Shown one piece after another: positions 9,380 to 19,600 of a stretch of 64,000 bases of DNA; the first letter of the stretch is position 1; each line of letters opens with the position of its first letter. The notes beneath the pieces were generated by a model that was not told the DNA's origin, did no database searches, and worked only from the letters and a program-made list of their open reading frames with translations. The position numbers and the translations under genes were made by a program. This DNA comes from an uncultured delta proteobacterium (lineage in GTDB: Bacteria; Desulfobacterota; Desulfuromonadia; Geobacterales; DSM-12255): NCBI GenBank assembly GCA_963787125.1, contig CAWBBV010000001.1, positions 64,001 to 128,000 on the forward strand, given 5' to 3'.

Positions 9380-9955
9380 ATGAAAGCCAAGTTGGAAAAC
9401 ATAGCGACTGTTCAGGCTGGGTATTCATTCCGTTCGCGGCTTGAATCGCTGGACACCGGTGCTGTTGCCGTCATTCAGATGAAAGATCTGACCAGCGCCA
9501 ACCGTGTCGACTGTAGTGAGTTGGTAAGGGTGGATATGGATCTGCTCAAAGAGCACCATCTTGTCAGGCTGGGCGATTTAATCTTTCGTTCGCGCGGCTT
9601 GACCAGTAATTCTGCTCTTCTTGCGGATGACCCGGGGGATGCAGTGCTGGCAGCGCCGCTCCTGCGCATCAGGATCAAAAGTAGGAAGGTGTTGCCCGAA
9701 TATCTGAACTGGTACATCAGTCAGCAACCTGCTCAGGCATATCTGACCAGTTGTGCTGCCGGCACTGCACTCAAGATGATCAGTAAACAGTCGCTGGAAA
9801 GCCTTGAAGTAGATATCCCTTCCCTGGCACGGCAGCATCTCATTGTCAAGATGACAGCCTTGGAAGAGGAAGAGCAGCGCATCATGAAAAAACTGGCAGA
9901 GAAACGCACTCAATATATTTCGAAAACTTTACTGCAAATAGCTCAAGGAGACTGA
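9380..9955 (+). CDS. Short, single-TRD HsdS-like specificity subunit
   Basis: TRD-like sequence (GDLIFRSRG...VLPEYLNWYI...IPSLARQ) directly upstream of hsdM. Confidence 0.8.
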   Translation: MKAKLENIATVQAGYSFRSRLESLDTGAVAVIQMKDLTSANRVDCSELVRVDMDLLKEHHLVRLGDLIFRSRGLTSNSALLADDPGDAVLAAPLLRIRIKSRKVLPEYLNWYISQQPAQAYLTSCAAGTALKMISKQSLESLEVDIPSLARQHLIVKMTALEEEEQRIMKKLAEKRTQYISKTLLQIAQGD

Positions 9956-9960
9956 ACGTC

Positions 9961-11517
9961 ATGGCAGACAAGATAGATCAGAAAGACATCAACAACGCGG
10001 CCTGGGCTGCCTGCGACACCTTTCGGGGAGTTGTCGACCCGGCGCAGTACAAGGACTACATTCTCGTCATGCTGTTCGTGAAATACATCTCCGACGTCTG
10101 GAAGGATCACTACGAAGAGTACCGCCAGCAGTACGGCGACGACGATGCCCGTATCCGCCGCAAGCTTGAGCGGGAGCGTTTCGTGCTCCCATTTGCCGAG
10201 CTGAAGAATCATGACACCGGTGAAGTTGAAGACATCTTTCTGGCTGACTATTACAGCCTCTACGAACGGCGCGGCGTAGCCAACATCGGCGATCTGATCA
10301 ACATCGTGCTGGATACCATCGAGGAAGCAAACAAGGCAAAGCTAGAAGGGGTTTTCCGTAACATCGACTTTAACAGCGAATCAAATCTCGGCAGGACCAA
10401 GGACCGTAACCGCCGCCTGAAGACTCTGCTGGAGGATTTCAACAAGCCGCAGCTGGACATGAGTCCCGGTAATGTTTCCGAGGATGTCATTGGCAACACC
10501 TATATCTACCTGATTGAGCGCTTCGGTGCAGATGCGGGAAAGAAGGCCGGAGAGTTCTACACTCCTCACAAGATTTCAACTCTGGTCGCCAAGCTGGGCA
10601 GACCCAAGCCTGGAGACCGCATCTGCGACCCGGCCTCCGGCTCCGGTGGCCTGCTCATCGAGGCGGCGCGGGAGGTTGGCGACCGGAACTTCGCTCTTTT
10701 CGGCATGGAGTCTAACGGCAGCACCTGGGCACTGGCCAGGATGAACATGTTCCTCCACGGTTTCGACAGCGCCCGCATCGAGTGGTGCGATACGCTCAAC
10801 AGCCCGGCGCTGGTGGAAAACGACCGCCTGATGAAGTTCAATGTACTGGCTGCAAATCCGCCGTTTTCCCTCGACAAATGGGGCGCAGAGGAGGCGGAAA
10901 GTGACCGCTATAACCGCTTCTGGCGCGGTGTGCCGCCAAAATCCAAGGCCGACTGGGCCTTCATCAGCCATATGGTGGAAGCTGCCCTGGAAAAGGAGGG
11001 GCGGGTCTCCGTCGTCGTTCCCCACGGGGTGCTCTTCCGCGGCGCTGCCGAGGGGCGCATCCGCCAGAAGATGATTGAGGAGAATCTGTTGGATGCCGTT
11101 GTCGGCCTGCCGGGCAATCTATTTACCACCACCTCCATTCCGGTGGCGATCCTCGTTTTTGACCGCAGCCGGGAGAAGGGGGGCGCCAATCAGGAGCGCA
11201 AGGACGTCCTCTTTGTCGATGCCAGCCGCGACTACCTGCCGGGTAAAAACCAGAACTCCCTCTCCGACGAGCATATCCGCAAGATTGTCGAGACTGTTGC
11301 TGCCCGGCAGGAGGTGGAGAAATACGCCCATGTCGCCGGCTTCGAGGAAATTCAGGAGAACGACTTCAACCTCAATATTCCCCGCTATGTGGACACCTTC
11401 GAGGAGGAGGCGGAGATCGATATCGATGCCGTGCAGGTGGAGATCGAGCAGCTGGAGAGTGAGCTGGTGGCGGTGCGGGCGAGGATGGCGGCGATGTTGA
11501 AGGAGATTGAGAGATGA
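9961..11517 (+). CDS. hsdM: Type I R-M N6-adenine methyltransferase
   Basis: GEFYTP, DPASGSGG motif I, NPPF motif IV. Confidence 0.97.
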   Translation: MADKIDQKDINNAAWAACDTFRGVVDPAQYKDYILVMLFVKYISDVWKDHYEEYRQQYGDDDARIRRKLERERFVLPFAELKNHDTGEVEDIFLADYYSLYERRGVANIGDLINIVLDTIEEANKAKLEGVFRNIDFNSESNLGRTKDRNRRLKTLLEDFNKPQLDMSPGNVSEDVIGNTYIYLIERFGADAGKKAGEFYTPHKISTLVAKLGRPKPGDRICDPASGSGGLLIEAAREVGDRNFALFGMESNGSTWALARMNMFLHGFDSARIEWCDTLNSPALVENDRLMKFNVLAANPPFSLDKWGAEEAESDRYNRFWRGVPPKSKADWAFISHMVEAALEKEGRVSVVVPHGVLFRGAAEGRIRQKMIEENLLDAVVGLPGNLFTTTSIPVAILVFDRSREKGGANQERKDVLFVDASRDYLPGKNQNSLSDEHIRKIVETVAARQEVEKYAHVAGFEEIQENDFNLNIPRYVDTFEEEAEIDIDAVQVEIEQLESELVAVRARMAAMLKEIER

Positions 11518-12542
11518 GTGTCGGGAAGAAAATGCAGATTCGCAACAGCACTGCAGAGTTTCTCATCTTTGCCACACGATCTGGTGAGAACGGCATCGAA
11601 GTGCGAGTTGAGGATGAAACAGTTTGGCTGTCACAAAAGCTTATTGCCGAGCTGTTTCAGGTTACGGTGCCGACCATCAACGAACACCTCGACAACATCT
11701 ACAAACAGAAAGAGCTGACGCGCGAAGCAACAGTTCGGAAATTCCGAATAGTTCAGACAGAAGGTAGTCGGCAGGTGGGGCGAAATACCGATTTCTACAA
11801 TCTTGACGCCATCATCTCCGTCGGCTATCGCGTCAACTCGCTGCGGGCTACCCAGTTCAGGCAGTGGGCAACCGGAATCCTGCGGGATTATTCCATTCGC
11901 GGTTATGTGCTCGACAAGGAACGCCTGAAAAACGGTTCATTCTTCAGCAAGGAATATTACGAAAATCTGCTGGCTGAAATCCGGGAGATCCGGGCGAGCG
12001 AACGAAAGTTCTACCAGAAGATAACCGACATTTACGCTACGGCAATGGATTACCGGGCGGATGCCGAGATTACCGAGAAATTCTTTGCCGCCGTCCAGAA
12101 CAAGCTCCATTTCGCCATTCATGGCCACACGGCGGCAGAGCTGATCGTGAAGCGGGCGGATAGCAGCAAGGAGAACATGGGGATGACGTCCTGGAAGAAT
12201 TCACCGGACGGGAAGATTCTCAAGCCGGATGTCTCCATTGCCAAGAACTATCTGTCGGCAAGGGAAATAAAGTCTTTGGATCGATTCGTGACCATGTACC
12301 TCGACTACGCCGAAGATCAGGCAGAGCGCAACATTCCCATGACCATGGAAGACTGGGCCAGCAAGCTGAACGCCTTTCTACAGTTCAATGAACGCGACAT
12401 TCTTAAAAATCAGGGTACAGTCAGCCAGGCTATTGCCAAATCCTTTGCCGAAAGCGAGTTCGAGAAATACCGGGTCGTACAGGATCGCTTGTTTGAATCG
12501 GATTTTGACAGAGTGGTTAAGAAGCTGGAGGGCGGGGAATGA
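11514..12542 (+). CDS. rhuM: RhuM family protein
   Basis: ETVWLSQKLIAELF, YNLDAIISVGYRVNS, IRASERKFYQKITDIYAT. Confidence 0.92.
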   Translation: MSVGKKMQIRNSTAEFLIFATRSGENGIEVRVEDETVWLSQKLIAELFQVTVPTINEHLDNIYKQKELTREATVRKFRIVQTEGSRQVGRNTDFYNLDAIISVGYRVNSLRATQFRQWATGILRDYSIRGYVLDKERLKNGSFFSKEYYENLLAEIREIRASERKFYQKITDIYATAMDYRADAEITEKFFAAVQNKLHFAIHGHTAAELIVKRADSSKENMGMTSWKNSPDGKILKPDVSIAKNYLSAREIKSLDRFVTMYLDYAEDQAERNIPMTMEDWASKLNAFLQFNERDILKNQGTVSQAIAKSFAESEFEKYRVVQDRLFESDFDRVVKKLEGGE

Positions 12543-12643
12543 TTTATGGTGTGGATCCATATCGAGGTAATGCTCGCAATGGTAATGAGAGACTGACCAT
12601 TCCGTGGAGATGCACGAGATGGTTTAGATGATGGAGGATTGCA

Positions 12644-13516
12644 ATGAATAAAGAATTGATGGTTCGGCTGCATACACAATTTGATGGAATTGCCAACATC
12701 TGGCCCGACTCAGAGGTTGAATTCTGGTATGCCCGCGACTTGCAGGGAGTTCTGGGGTATGACCGTTGGGAGAACTTCAAGAAGGTCATAGACAAAGCTA
12801 TAATCTCCTGCGAATCAACAGGAGTCACTGTGTCCGATCATTTTCGTGACGTCACGAAAATGATCGAGCTTGGCAAGGGGGGTAAGCGTGAAGTCGAAGA
12901 TTATATGCTGACTCGTTACGCTTGCTACCTGATCGCCCAGAATGGCGACCCGCGAAAGGATCAGATCGCCTTCGCCCAAAGCTACTTTGCCATCCAGACC
13001 CGCAAGCAGGAGATCATTGAAGAGCGAATTCACCTGCAAGAACGGCTGCAGGCCCGTCAGAAACTGCGTGAATCCGAAACTGAACTCTCAAAAAACATCT
13101 TTGAGCGCGGCGTTGATGAGCAAGGGTTCGGACGCATTCGATCCAAAGGTGATCATGCTTTATTTGGCGGTAATAACACCCTGTCAATGAAGGGGCAGCT
13201 TGGTGTTCCGGACAATCGTCCACTTGCCGACTTCCTGCCGACCGTTACCATTGCCGCAAAAAATCTCGCCACGGAAATCACCAACCACAATGTGCGTCAG
13301 CATGACATGCAAGGAGAAGGGCCTATTACCGACGAGCATGTGCAGAATAACCGCAGTCTCCGCAACATGCTGGTGGAGCGTGGTATCAAGCCAGAGGAGT
13401 TGCCTGCGGAAGAGGATTTGAAGAAGCTTGAGCGGCGGGTGAAGTCGGAAGAAAAGCGGCTGATCAAGGGGACTGAGCTGCCGAAGATTGTGGAGGGTAA
13501 CGCTGATGAAGAGTAA
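12644..13516 (+). CDS. dinD: DNA damage-inducible protein D (BRO-N-like domain)
   Basis: WYARDLQGVLGY...LTRYACYLIAQNGDPRK...AQSYFAIQTRKQE. Confidence 0.9.
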   Translation: MNKELMVRLHTQFDGIANIWPDSEVEFWYARDLQGVLGYDRWENFKKVIDKAIISCESTGVTVSDHFRDVTKMIELGKGGKREVEDYMLTRYACYLIAQNGDPRKDQIAFAQSYFAIQTRKQEIIEERIHLQERLQARQKLRESETELSKNIFERGVDEQGFGRIRSKGDHALFGGNNTLSMKGQLGVPDNRPLADFLPTVTIAAKNLATEITNHNVRQHDMQGEGPITDEHVQNNRSLRNMLVERGIKPEELPAEEDLKKLERRVKSEEKRLIKGTELPKIVEGNADEE

Positions 13517-14708
13517 AAAAATCTCTGACATCTGCGATGTTGTTGGTGGCTTTGCATTTCAAAGTGGCGCTATGAAAAGTGAAAAGGGCAGATATCAAGT
13601 TATAAAGATGAGCAATCTTTATAAGGGCACCCTTGATCTTGACAGAAACCCCTCATTCATAGATGAGATCGAGCCCCGTCATAAACAATATCTCCTTCAA
13701 GAAGGGGATGTTCTGATGACTCTCACAGGAACTATAGGAAAAAAGGATTACGGGTATTCTGTTCAAATTGAAAAACAGAAAAACCTCTTATTAAACCAGC
13801 GGGTTTGCCTGCTAAGGCCTAAAAGTGGAAAAATAAATGGTTACTACCTGCTTCAATTATTACGATCAAATGCGTTTTTGGATCAGTTTTTTGAATCTTC
13901 TATTGGAGGCACTGGAAATCAATCAAACGTCAGCATAACCATATTGAAAGACATGATAGTTGGCCTTCCTGAAATTGAAGGTCAAACCGCCGCCGCATCT
14001 CTGCTCTCTGCTTGGGATCTCGCCATCGAAAAGGCAGAGCGGCTGATTGCGGCCAAGGAGAAGCGGTTTACTTTACTTACGCAAGAATTGATTCACAACT
14101 GTACTGAAGATTTGCGGCACTTCCATCTCAGGGATATCTGTGAGCCGGTAACCCGGAAAAACGACGGCAACGAACTAAATGTCCTAACAACCTCGGCGCA
14201 GCATGGCCTTATCAGCCAACTGGATTACTATAAGAAGAGCGTTTCAGCAGAAGATGTTAGAGGCTATTATCTGCTGAAAAACGGCGAATTCGCCTACAAT
14301 CGGAGTTCCTCCAACGGCTACCCCTACGGCGCAATCAAGCGACTTGAAGATTATCCACAAGGCGTACTCTCCACGCTTTATCTCTGCTTCTCATTGAAAA
14401 ACGATGCTCCATGTGATTCCGATTTTATGGCCCATGCCTTTGAAGCTGGCTTGCTGAACAAGCAACTTGTGGGCGTTTGCCAGGAAGGCGCGCGGAGCCA
14501 TGGGCTGCTGAATATTACGAAAACGGATTTTTTCGGGATGAAGATTTCTTTGCCGGCAATCGCTGCGCAAAAGCAAATCTCGGCTATTCTCAACACCGCC
14601 CGCCAGGAAATTGATCTGCTGAAAAAGCAGGCCGAAGCCTTTCGCCGGCAGAAGCGCGGGTTGATGCAAAAGCTGTTGACCGGGGAGTGGCGGGTGCAGG
14701 TGGGGTAG
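13506..14708 (+). CDS. hsdS: Type I R-M specificity subunit (two TRDs)
   Basis: Two TRD plus conserved-helix repeats; ends KRGLMQKLLTG. Confidence 0.93.
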   Translation: MKSKKISDICDVVGGFAFQSGAMKSEKGRYQVIKMSNLYKGTLDLDRNPSFIDEIEPRHKQYLLQEGDVLMTLTGTIGKKDYGYSVQIEKQKNLLLNQRVCLLRPKSGKINGYYLLQLLRSNAFLDQFFESSIGGTGNQSNVSITILKDMIVGLPEIEGQTAAASLLSAWDLAIEKAERLIAAKEKRFTLLTQELIHNCTEDLRHFHLRDICEPVTRKNDGNELNVLTTSAQHGLISQLDYYKKSVSAEDVRGYYLLKNGEFAYNRSSSNGYPYGAIKRLEDYPQGVLSTLYLCFSLKNDAPCDSDFMAHAFEAGLLNKQLVGVCQEGARSHGLLNITKTDFFGMKISLPAIAAQKQISAILNTARQEIDLLKKQAEAFRRQKRGLMQKLLTGEWRVQVG

Positions 14709-14712
14709 GTTT

Positions 14713-14770
14713 GGGTTTTGTGGACTTGGTGGACGACGTGGACTTTGTGGACGTGATGGACTGGATTGAC
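14713..14770. repeat. Array of 9-bp TGGACnnnn units upstream of the four-helix-bundle gene
   Basis: tgtggactt ggtggacga cgtggactt tgtggacgt gatggactg. Confidence 0.85.
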
Positions 14771-15180
14771 GTGGGAGGGTCTGTTTATGGCTGATGGGGA
14801 AGGGTTGATTCCGAAGCATGGCGGGTATCGCAGGCTGAAAAGTTTTCAGATTGCCCAGCTTGTTTTTGATGTGACGGTGCGCTTCTGTGAACGCTACATT
14901 GACCGGTTCAGCCGCACCAGCGACCAGATGGTGCAGGCGGCGCGGAGCGGCGTGCAGAACATTGCCGAGGGGAGCCAGGCTTCCGGTACCTCGAAGAAGA
15001 CCGAGCTGAAGCTGACCAATGTGGCCCGGGCGAGCCTGGAAGAGCTGAAGCTGGACTATGAAGATTTTTTACGGCAGCGGGGGCTGCCACTCTGGGAGCG
15101 GGAGGACCCGCGCCGGAAGGCGCTGGTGGCGCGGCGCTGTTGCACGGCGGATGAGGTGGCGGGATGGGTGAAGGAAATCT

Positions 15181-15272
15181 ATGGACTTGGTGGACCAAGT
15201 GGATGTAATGGACTTGATGGACTGTCCACATCGTCCATGTCGTCCACTCCGTCCATAAAGTCCACAAAAACC
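15181..15272. repeat. In-gene hairpin of 9-bp TGGAC/GTCCA units
   Basis: Five TGGA(C/T) units followed by five GTCCA units, translated in frame as a linker. Confidence 0.85.
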
Positions 15273-15315
15273 AACCCCACCAACCTGAAGTTCCCCCGGT
15301 TCAGTGGACAGGGTG

Positions 15316-16179
15316 TTAAGCTGCAAATTTGAGTTGATCCGCCTCGTATGGAGTCCGATACCCCAGCGAAGAATGAATTCTTTTACGGTTATAGAAACGT
15401 TCTATGTAACTGAAGATGCTCTGGCGTGCATCGGCTCGGGTTGAATACTGGCAGTGAAATACAAGCTCTCTCTTAAGTGTCCCAAAGAAGCTTTCTGCCG
15501 GTGCGTTGTCCCAACAATTACCTTTGCGACTCATGCTGCAAGTTGTGCCATTTTTCACTAACAGGGCCTGGAATTCAATGCTTGCATACTGCGACCCTCT
15601 ATCGGAATGATGAATCAGTCCACGCGGCGGGTTTCGTCGCTTAACTGCGAGAATGAAAGCATCGATGACAATATTCCGGGTCATTCGCTCCGACATGGAC
15701 CACCCAACGATGGCACGTGAAAACAAGTCCATAACTATTGCCAGGTAGAGCCACCCCTCGCCGGTCCAGATGTAAGTGATGTCTGCGGCCCATGCCTGGT
15801 TAGGCCGCTTTGGCGTGAACTCCCGATTGAGAAGGTTGGCCGCCACGGGCAACTTATGCTTAGAGTTGGTCGTTGCCTTGAACTTGCGCTTCGTCTTCGC
15901 TCTAAGGCCATCTTTTCTCATCAGGCGGGCAATCTTGTTACGACCGTAATGCTTGCCGCGCCTCTGTAGTTCCCGGTGCACCCTGGGACTTCCGTAGGTG
16001 CGATTGCTCTCTTGGTGAATCTCTTTGATCACCTCTGATAGCGCTTGATCTTCTTGACTTTTTTTGCCTTCTGGCTGTTTTAACCAGGCGTAATATCCGC
16101 TCCGTGAAACGTCGAAAACGCTACACATGATGGAGATCCGAAACTCAGTCTGATTCTCACGGATGAAGCTAAAGGTCAA
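15316..16179 (-). CDS. IS3 transposase OrfB (DDE integrase core)
   Basis: [27 protein letters not shown]. Confidence 0.95.
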   Translation of the reverse strand: MTFSFIRENQTEFRISIMCSVFDVSRSGYYAWLKQPEGKKSQEDQALSEVIKEIHQESNRTYGSPRVHRELQRRGKHYGRNKIARLMRKDGLRAKTKRKFKATTNSKHKLPVAANLLNREFTPKRPNQAWAADITYIWTGEGWLYLAIVMDLFSRAIVGWSMSERMTRNIVIDAFILAVKRRNPPRGLIHHSDRGSQYASIEFQALLVKNGTTCSMSRKGNCWDNAPAESFFGTLKRELVFHCQYSTRADARQSIFSYIERFYNRKRIHSSLGYRTPYEADQLKFAA

Positions 16180-16472
16180 GTCGGGTCTTTTGAAAAGATG
16201 GCCATTGCTTTTTTTAAGATTTCACGCTCCATCTTTAAACGCTCATTTTCACGCTTAAGTTGACGGATTATCTCCGCGTCAGAGGTCATATGCCCTTTGC
16301 CGGGAAACGCTTCTTCAGGTTTAACCGATAACTGCCTGATCCAGTTGTAAAGCGTGTTGGGGTGAATCCCCATATCGCTCGCTATCTGGTTTACATCGGC
16401 ACCTCCATCGGTAACCAGTTTGATCGTTTCGATCTTGAACTCGCGGGTGAACGACTTTCTCTTCGATACCAT
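16176..16472 (-). CDS. IS3 transposase OrfA (HTH), probably fused to OrfB by a -1 frameshift
   Basis: [12 protein letters not shown]...[16 protein letters not shown]7G slippery site at 16208-16215 (minus strand). Confidence 0.92.
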   Translation of the reverse strand: MVSKRKSFTREFKIETIKLVTDGGADVNQIASDMGIHPNTLYNWIRQLSVKPEEAFPGKGHMTSDAEIIRQLKRENERLKMEREILKKAMAIFSKDPT

Positions 16473-16689
16473 GACTGTCCTCCGTCTGCTTTTGTAGCAG
16501 CTTTTCGGACTGTCCACAATCTCGGGGGAAGTTCAACCCCGAAATCTCCGCCAACGCTGCCCTCACCCTCCTTGCCGTCGCCTGCTCCCTGCTGGACCGC
16601 CAGTTGGCGGCCCAGGCCGAAGCTTTTGAAAAGGAAGGTGGCTTCACCGAGCGGCTCTACCGCACCCGCAGCCAGGCCAGGAGAAAACC

Positions 16690-19600
16690 ATGACCGGTTT
16701 CCGCTTCAACGAAAAATACCTCTCACAGATCCCCGCCCTGCAACTCCTCATCAAGCTGGGATACGAATACCTTCCTCCGGAAAAGGCCCTTGCCCAGCGC
16801 CAGAGGAAGACCGGCAACGTGCTGCTGGAAGGCATTCTGCGCGACCAGCTGAAGCGCCTCAACCGGATCAACTACAAGGGGCGCGAGTTCCTGTTCAGCG
16901 AGGAGAACATCCAGACCGCTATCCAGAAGCTGAAGAGCGTCAAGTACGACGGGCTGCTCAAGACCAACGAGGCGATCTACGACCTGATCACCCTCGGGAC
17001 GGCGCTGGAGCAGAGCATCGAGGGGGATTCCAAGAGCTTCAACCTGAACTATATCGACTGGCGCAACTGGGAGCGCAATGTCTTTCATGTCACCGCCGAA
17101 TTCAGCGTGGACCGCTTCCGCAGCTCCGAATCGGCTCGGCCTGATATCGTCCTCTTTGTCAACGGCATCCCGCTAGGGGTGATCGAATGCAAATCGCCCA
17201 ATGTGGAGGTGGAACAGGCGATCTCCCAGTCGATCCGTAACCAGAACGACGACTACATCCCCCGCCTGTTCGTCTTTGCTCAGCTGGTGATTGGGGTCAA
17301 CAAGAATGCCGCCCAGTATGCCACTGCCGGCACGGCGGCCAAATTCTGGGGGATCTGGAAAGAGCTGCGCGACAAGGAAGCCGATGTTGCCGGTTGCGTT
17401 AATACCGCTCTTTCGCCGGAGAAGAAGGACCTGCTTTTCAGCGGCGAATTTACCGTTGCCCGATCATTTTTTGATGCCCACGAAGCCGAGGGAGAGCGAC
17501 TGGTAACGGAGCAGGACCGGACGCTTTACAGCCTCTGCCGACCGGAGCGGCTGCTGGAGCTGGCCTTCAAGTTCACCCTCTTCGATGGCGGCATCAAGAA
17601 GATCGCCCGCTATCAGCAGTATTTCGTCGTCAAGTCCACCCTGGAGCGGATCAGGCAGCTGGACGCCGACGGCCGGCGGCGGGGGGGCATCATCTGGCAC
17701 ACCCAGGGGTCGGGCAAGTCGCTGACCATGGTCATGTTGGGGCGGGGGCTGGCCCTTGATCCGGGGGTGACCAACCCGCGCATCGTGCTGGTGACGGACC
17801 GGGATGATCTGGACAAACAGCTGGGGAATACCTTTGCCGCCTGCGGTCTGGACCCTAACCGGGCCACTTCTGGACGGCATCTGATGGAGCTGGTTTCGGA
17901 ACACAAGGCCAGTATTGTCACCACTCTGATTCACAAGTTCGACAAGGCGCTGAATCTGAGGAAGTTCCAGGACGATTCCCCCGATATTTTCATGCTGATC
18001 GACGAGAGCCACCGGACCAACTTCGGCAATTTCTCGGCGCGGATGCGGCAGATGTTCCCCAATGCCTGCTACATCGGTTTTACCGGCACGCCGCTTCTGA
18101 AGAAGGAGAAGAACAATTTCGTCAAGTTCGGCGGGCTGATCGAACCGCACTACTCCATCAATCAGGCGGTGGAGGACGGGGCGGTGGTGCCGCTGCTTTA
18201 CGAGGGGCGGCTGGTGGAGATGGAACAGAACAAGGCTGCCATTGATCTCTGGTTCGAGCGCCATACGCAAGGTTTGACCAAGGAGCAGAAGGCAGACCTG
18301 AAGCGGAAGTTCGCCAAGGCATCCATGCTGAACAAGGCCGATCAGGTCGTCTACATGCGCGCCTTTGACATCAGCGAGCATTTCCGCGCCAACTGGCAGG
18401 GGACCGGTTTCAAGGCCCAGCTGGTCGCGCCGAGCAAGGCCGTTGCCCTGAAGTATCAGCAGCATCTGGAGACTATCGGTTTTATCTCATCCGAGGTGGT
18501 CATTTCCGCGCCGGATAGCCGTGAAGGCTATGAAGAGACCGACGACGAGCCGACGGACGAGGTGGTCAAATTTTGGCTGAAGATGATGAAGCGCTACGGC
18601 AGCGAGGAGGAATACACCAAGCAGATCATCAACCAGTTCAAGTTCGGCTCGGAGCCGGAAATCCTCATCGTTGTGAGCAAGCTCCTGACCGGTTTCGATG
18701 CCCCGCGCAACCGGGTTATCTACATCTGCAAGGAGTTGAAGGAACATACCCTGCTCCAGGCCATTGCCCGCGTCAACCGGCTGTCTGAGGACAAGGACGA
18801 GGGGTTTGTCGTTGACTACGTTGGCCTGCTGGGAGAGCTGGACAAGGCGCTCACCATGTACAGCGCTTTCGAAGGCTATGACGAGGACGACCTGAAAGGG
18901 ACGATGACCTCCATCAATGCCGAGATTGAGAAGCTGCCCCAGCGCTACTCCGACCTCTGGGATCTCTTCAAGACAGTGAAGAACAGTTACGACGAGGAAG
19001 CCTATGAAGTCCTGCTGGCCGATGATGCCGTGCGGGAGGACTTTTACCAGCGTCTGGCCGAGTATAGCAAGTCGCTCGGCATTACCCTCTCCGCCGAAGC
19101 CTTCATCATGAACGTCGACGACGCCAAGCTGCAACGCTACAAAGGCGACCTGAAGCGCTTCCACAACCTGAAGGCTGCCGTAAAACTTCGCTATGCCGAG
19201 GCCATCGACTACCGGGATTACGAGCCGAAGATCAAGAAACTCCTCGACACCCATATCCAGGCCAGCGAGGTGATCCAGCTGAACGAACCTGTAAACATCT
19301 TCGATGACAAGATGTTCACTGCTGTCAAGGAGGAACAGGGAGTGTATGGCAGGACGACGGCTGCCAAGGCCGATGCCATTGCTCATGCCACGAAAAAGGT
19401 TATTTCCGAGAAGATGGCGGAAGATCCGGCCTTTTACGAAAAGTTCTCCAAGCTGATCCAGCAGGCCATCGAGGATTTCCGGGCGAAACGGATTTCCGAT
19501 CTTGAGTTCCTGAACCGGGCAATGGAGTACCGCGGCAAGGTTGTTACCCGCCAGCATGACGATATGCCGCAGCAGCTCGCAGGGAGCGAAGAGGCGATGG

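Larger units (their letters stand above)
15286..16535 (-). mobile_element. IS3-family insertion sequence, 1250 bp
   Basis: TG...CA ends; 26-bp imperfect IRs (20/26); 3-bp target duplication ACC (15283-15285 and 16536-16538); orfA/orfB. Confidence 0.96.
14787..16693 (+). pseudogene. Four-helix-bundle protein with suffix domain, interrupted by IS3
   Basis: N-part GGYRRLKSFQ...DQMVQAARSGVQNIAEG...ARASLEELKLDYEDFL. After removing the IS and one ACC copy the frame continues PEISANAA...EKEGGFTERLYRTR to TGA 16691-16693. Confidence 0.92.

Noticed and set aside
14709..15272. CRISPR array or diversity-generating retroelement
   Set aside because: The units are 9 bp without spacers; no cas genes, reverse transcriptase or template/variable repeat pair seen
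16321..16647. 108-aa minus-strand ORF spanning the IS end
   Set aside because: It crosses the IS boundary and is antisense to the split gene's 3' part
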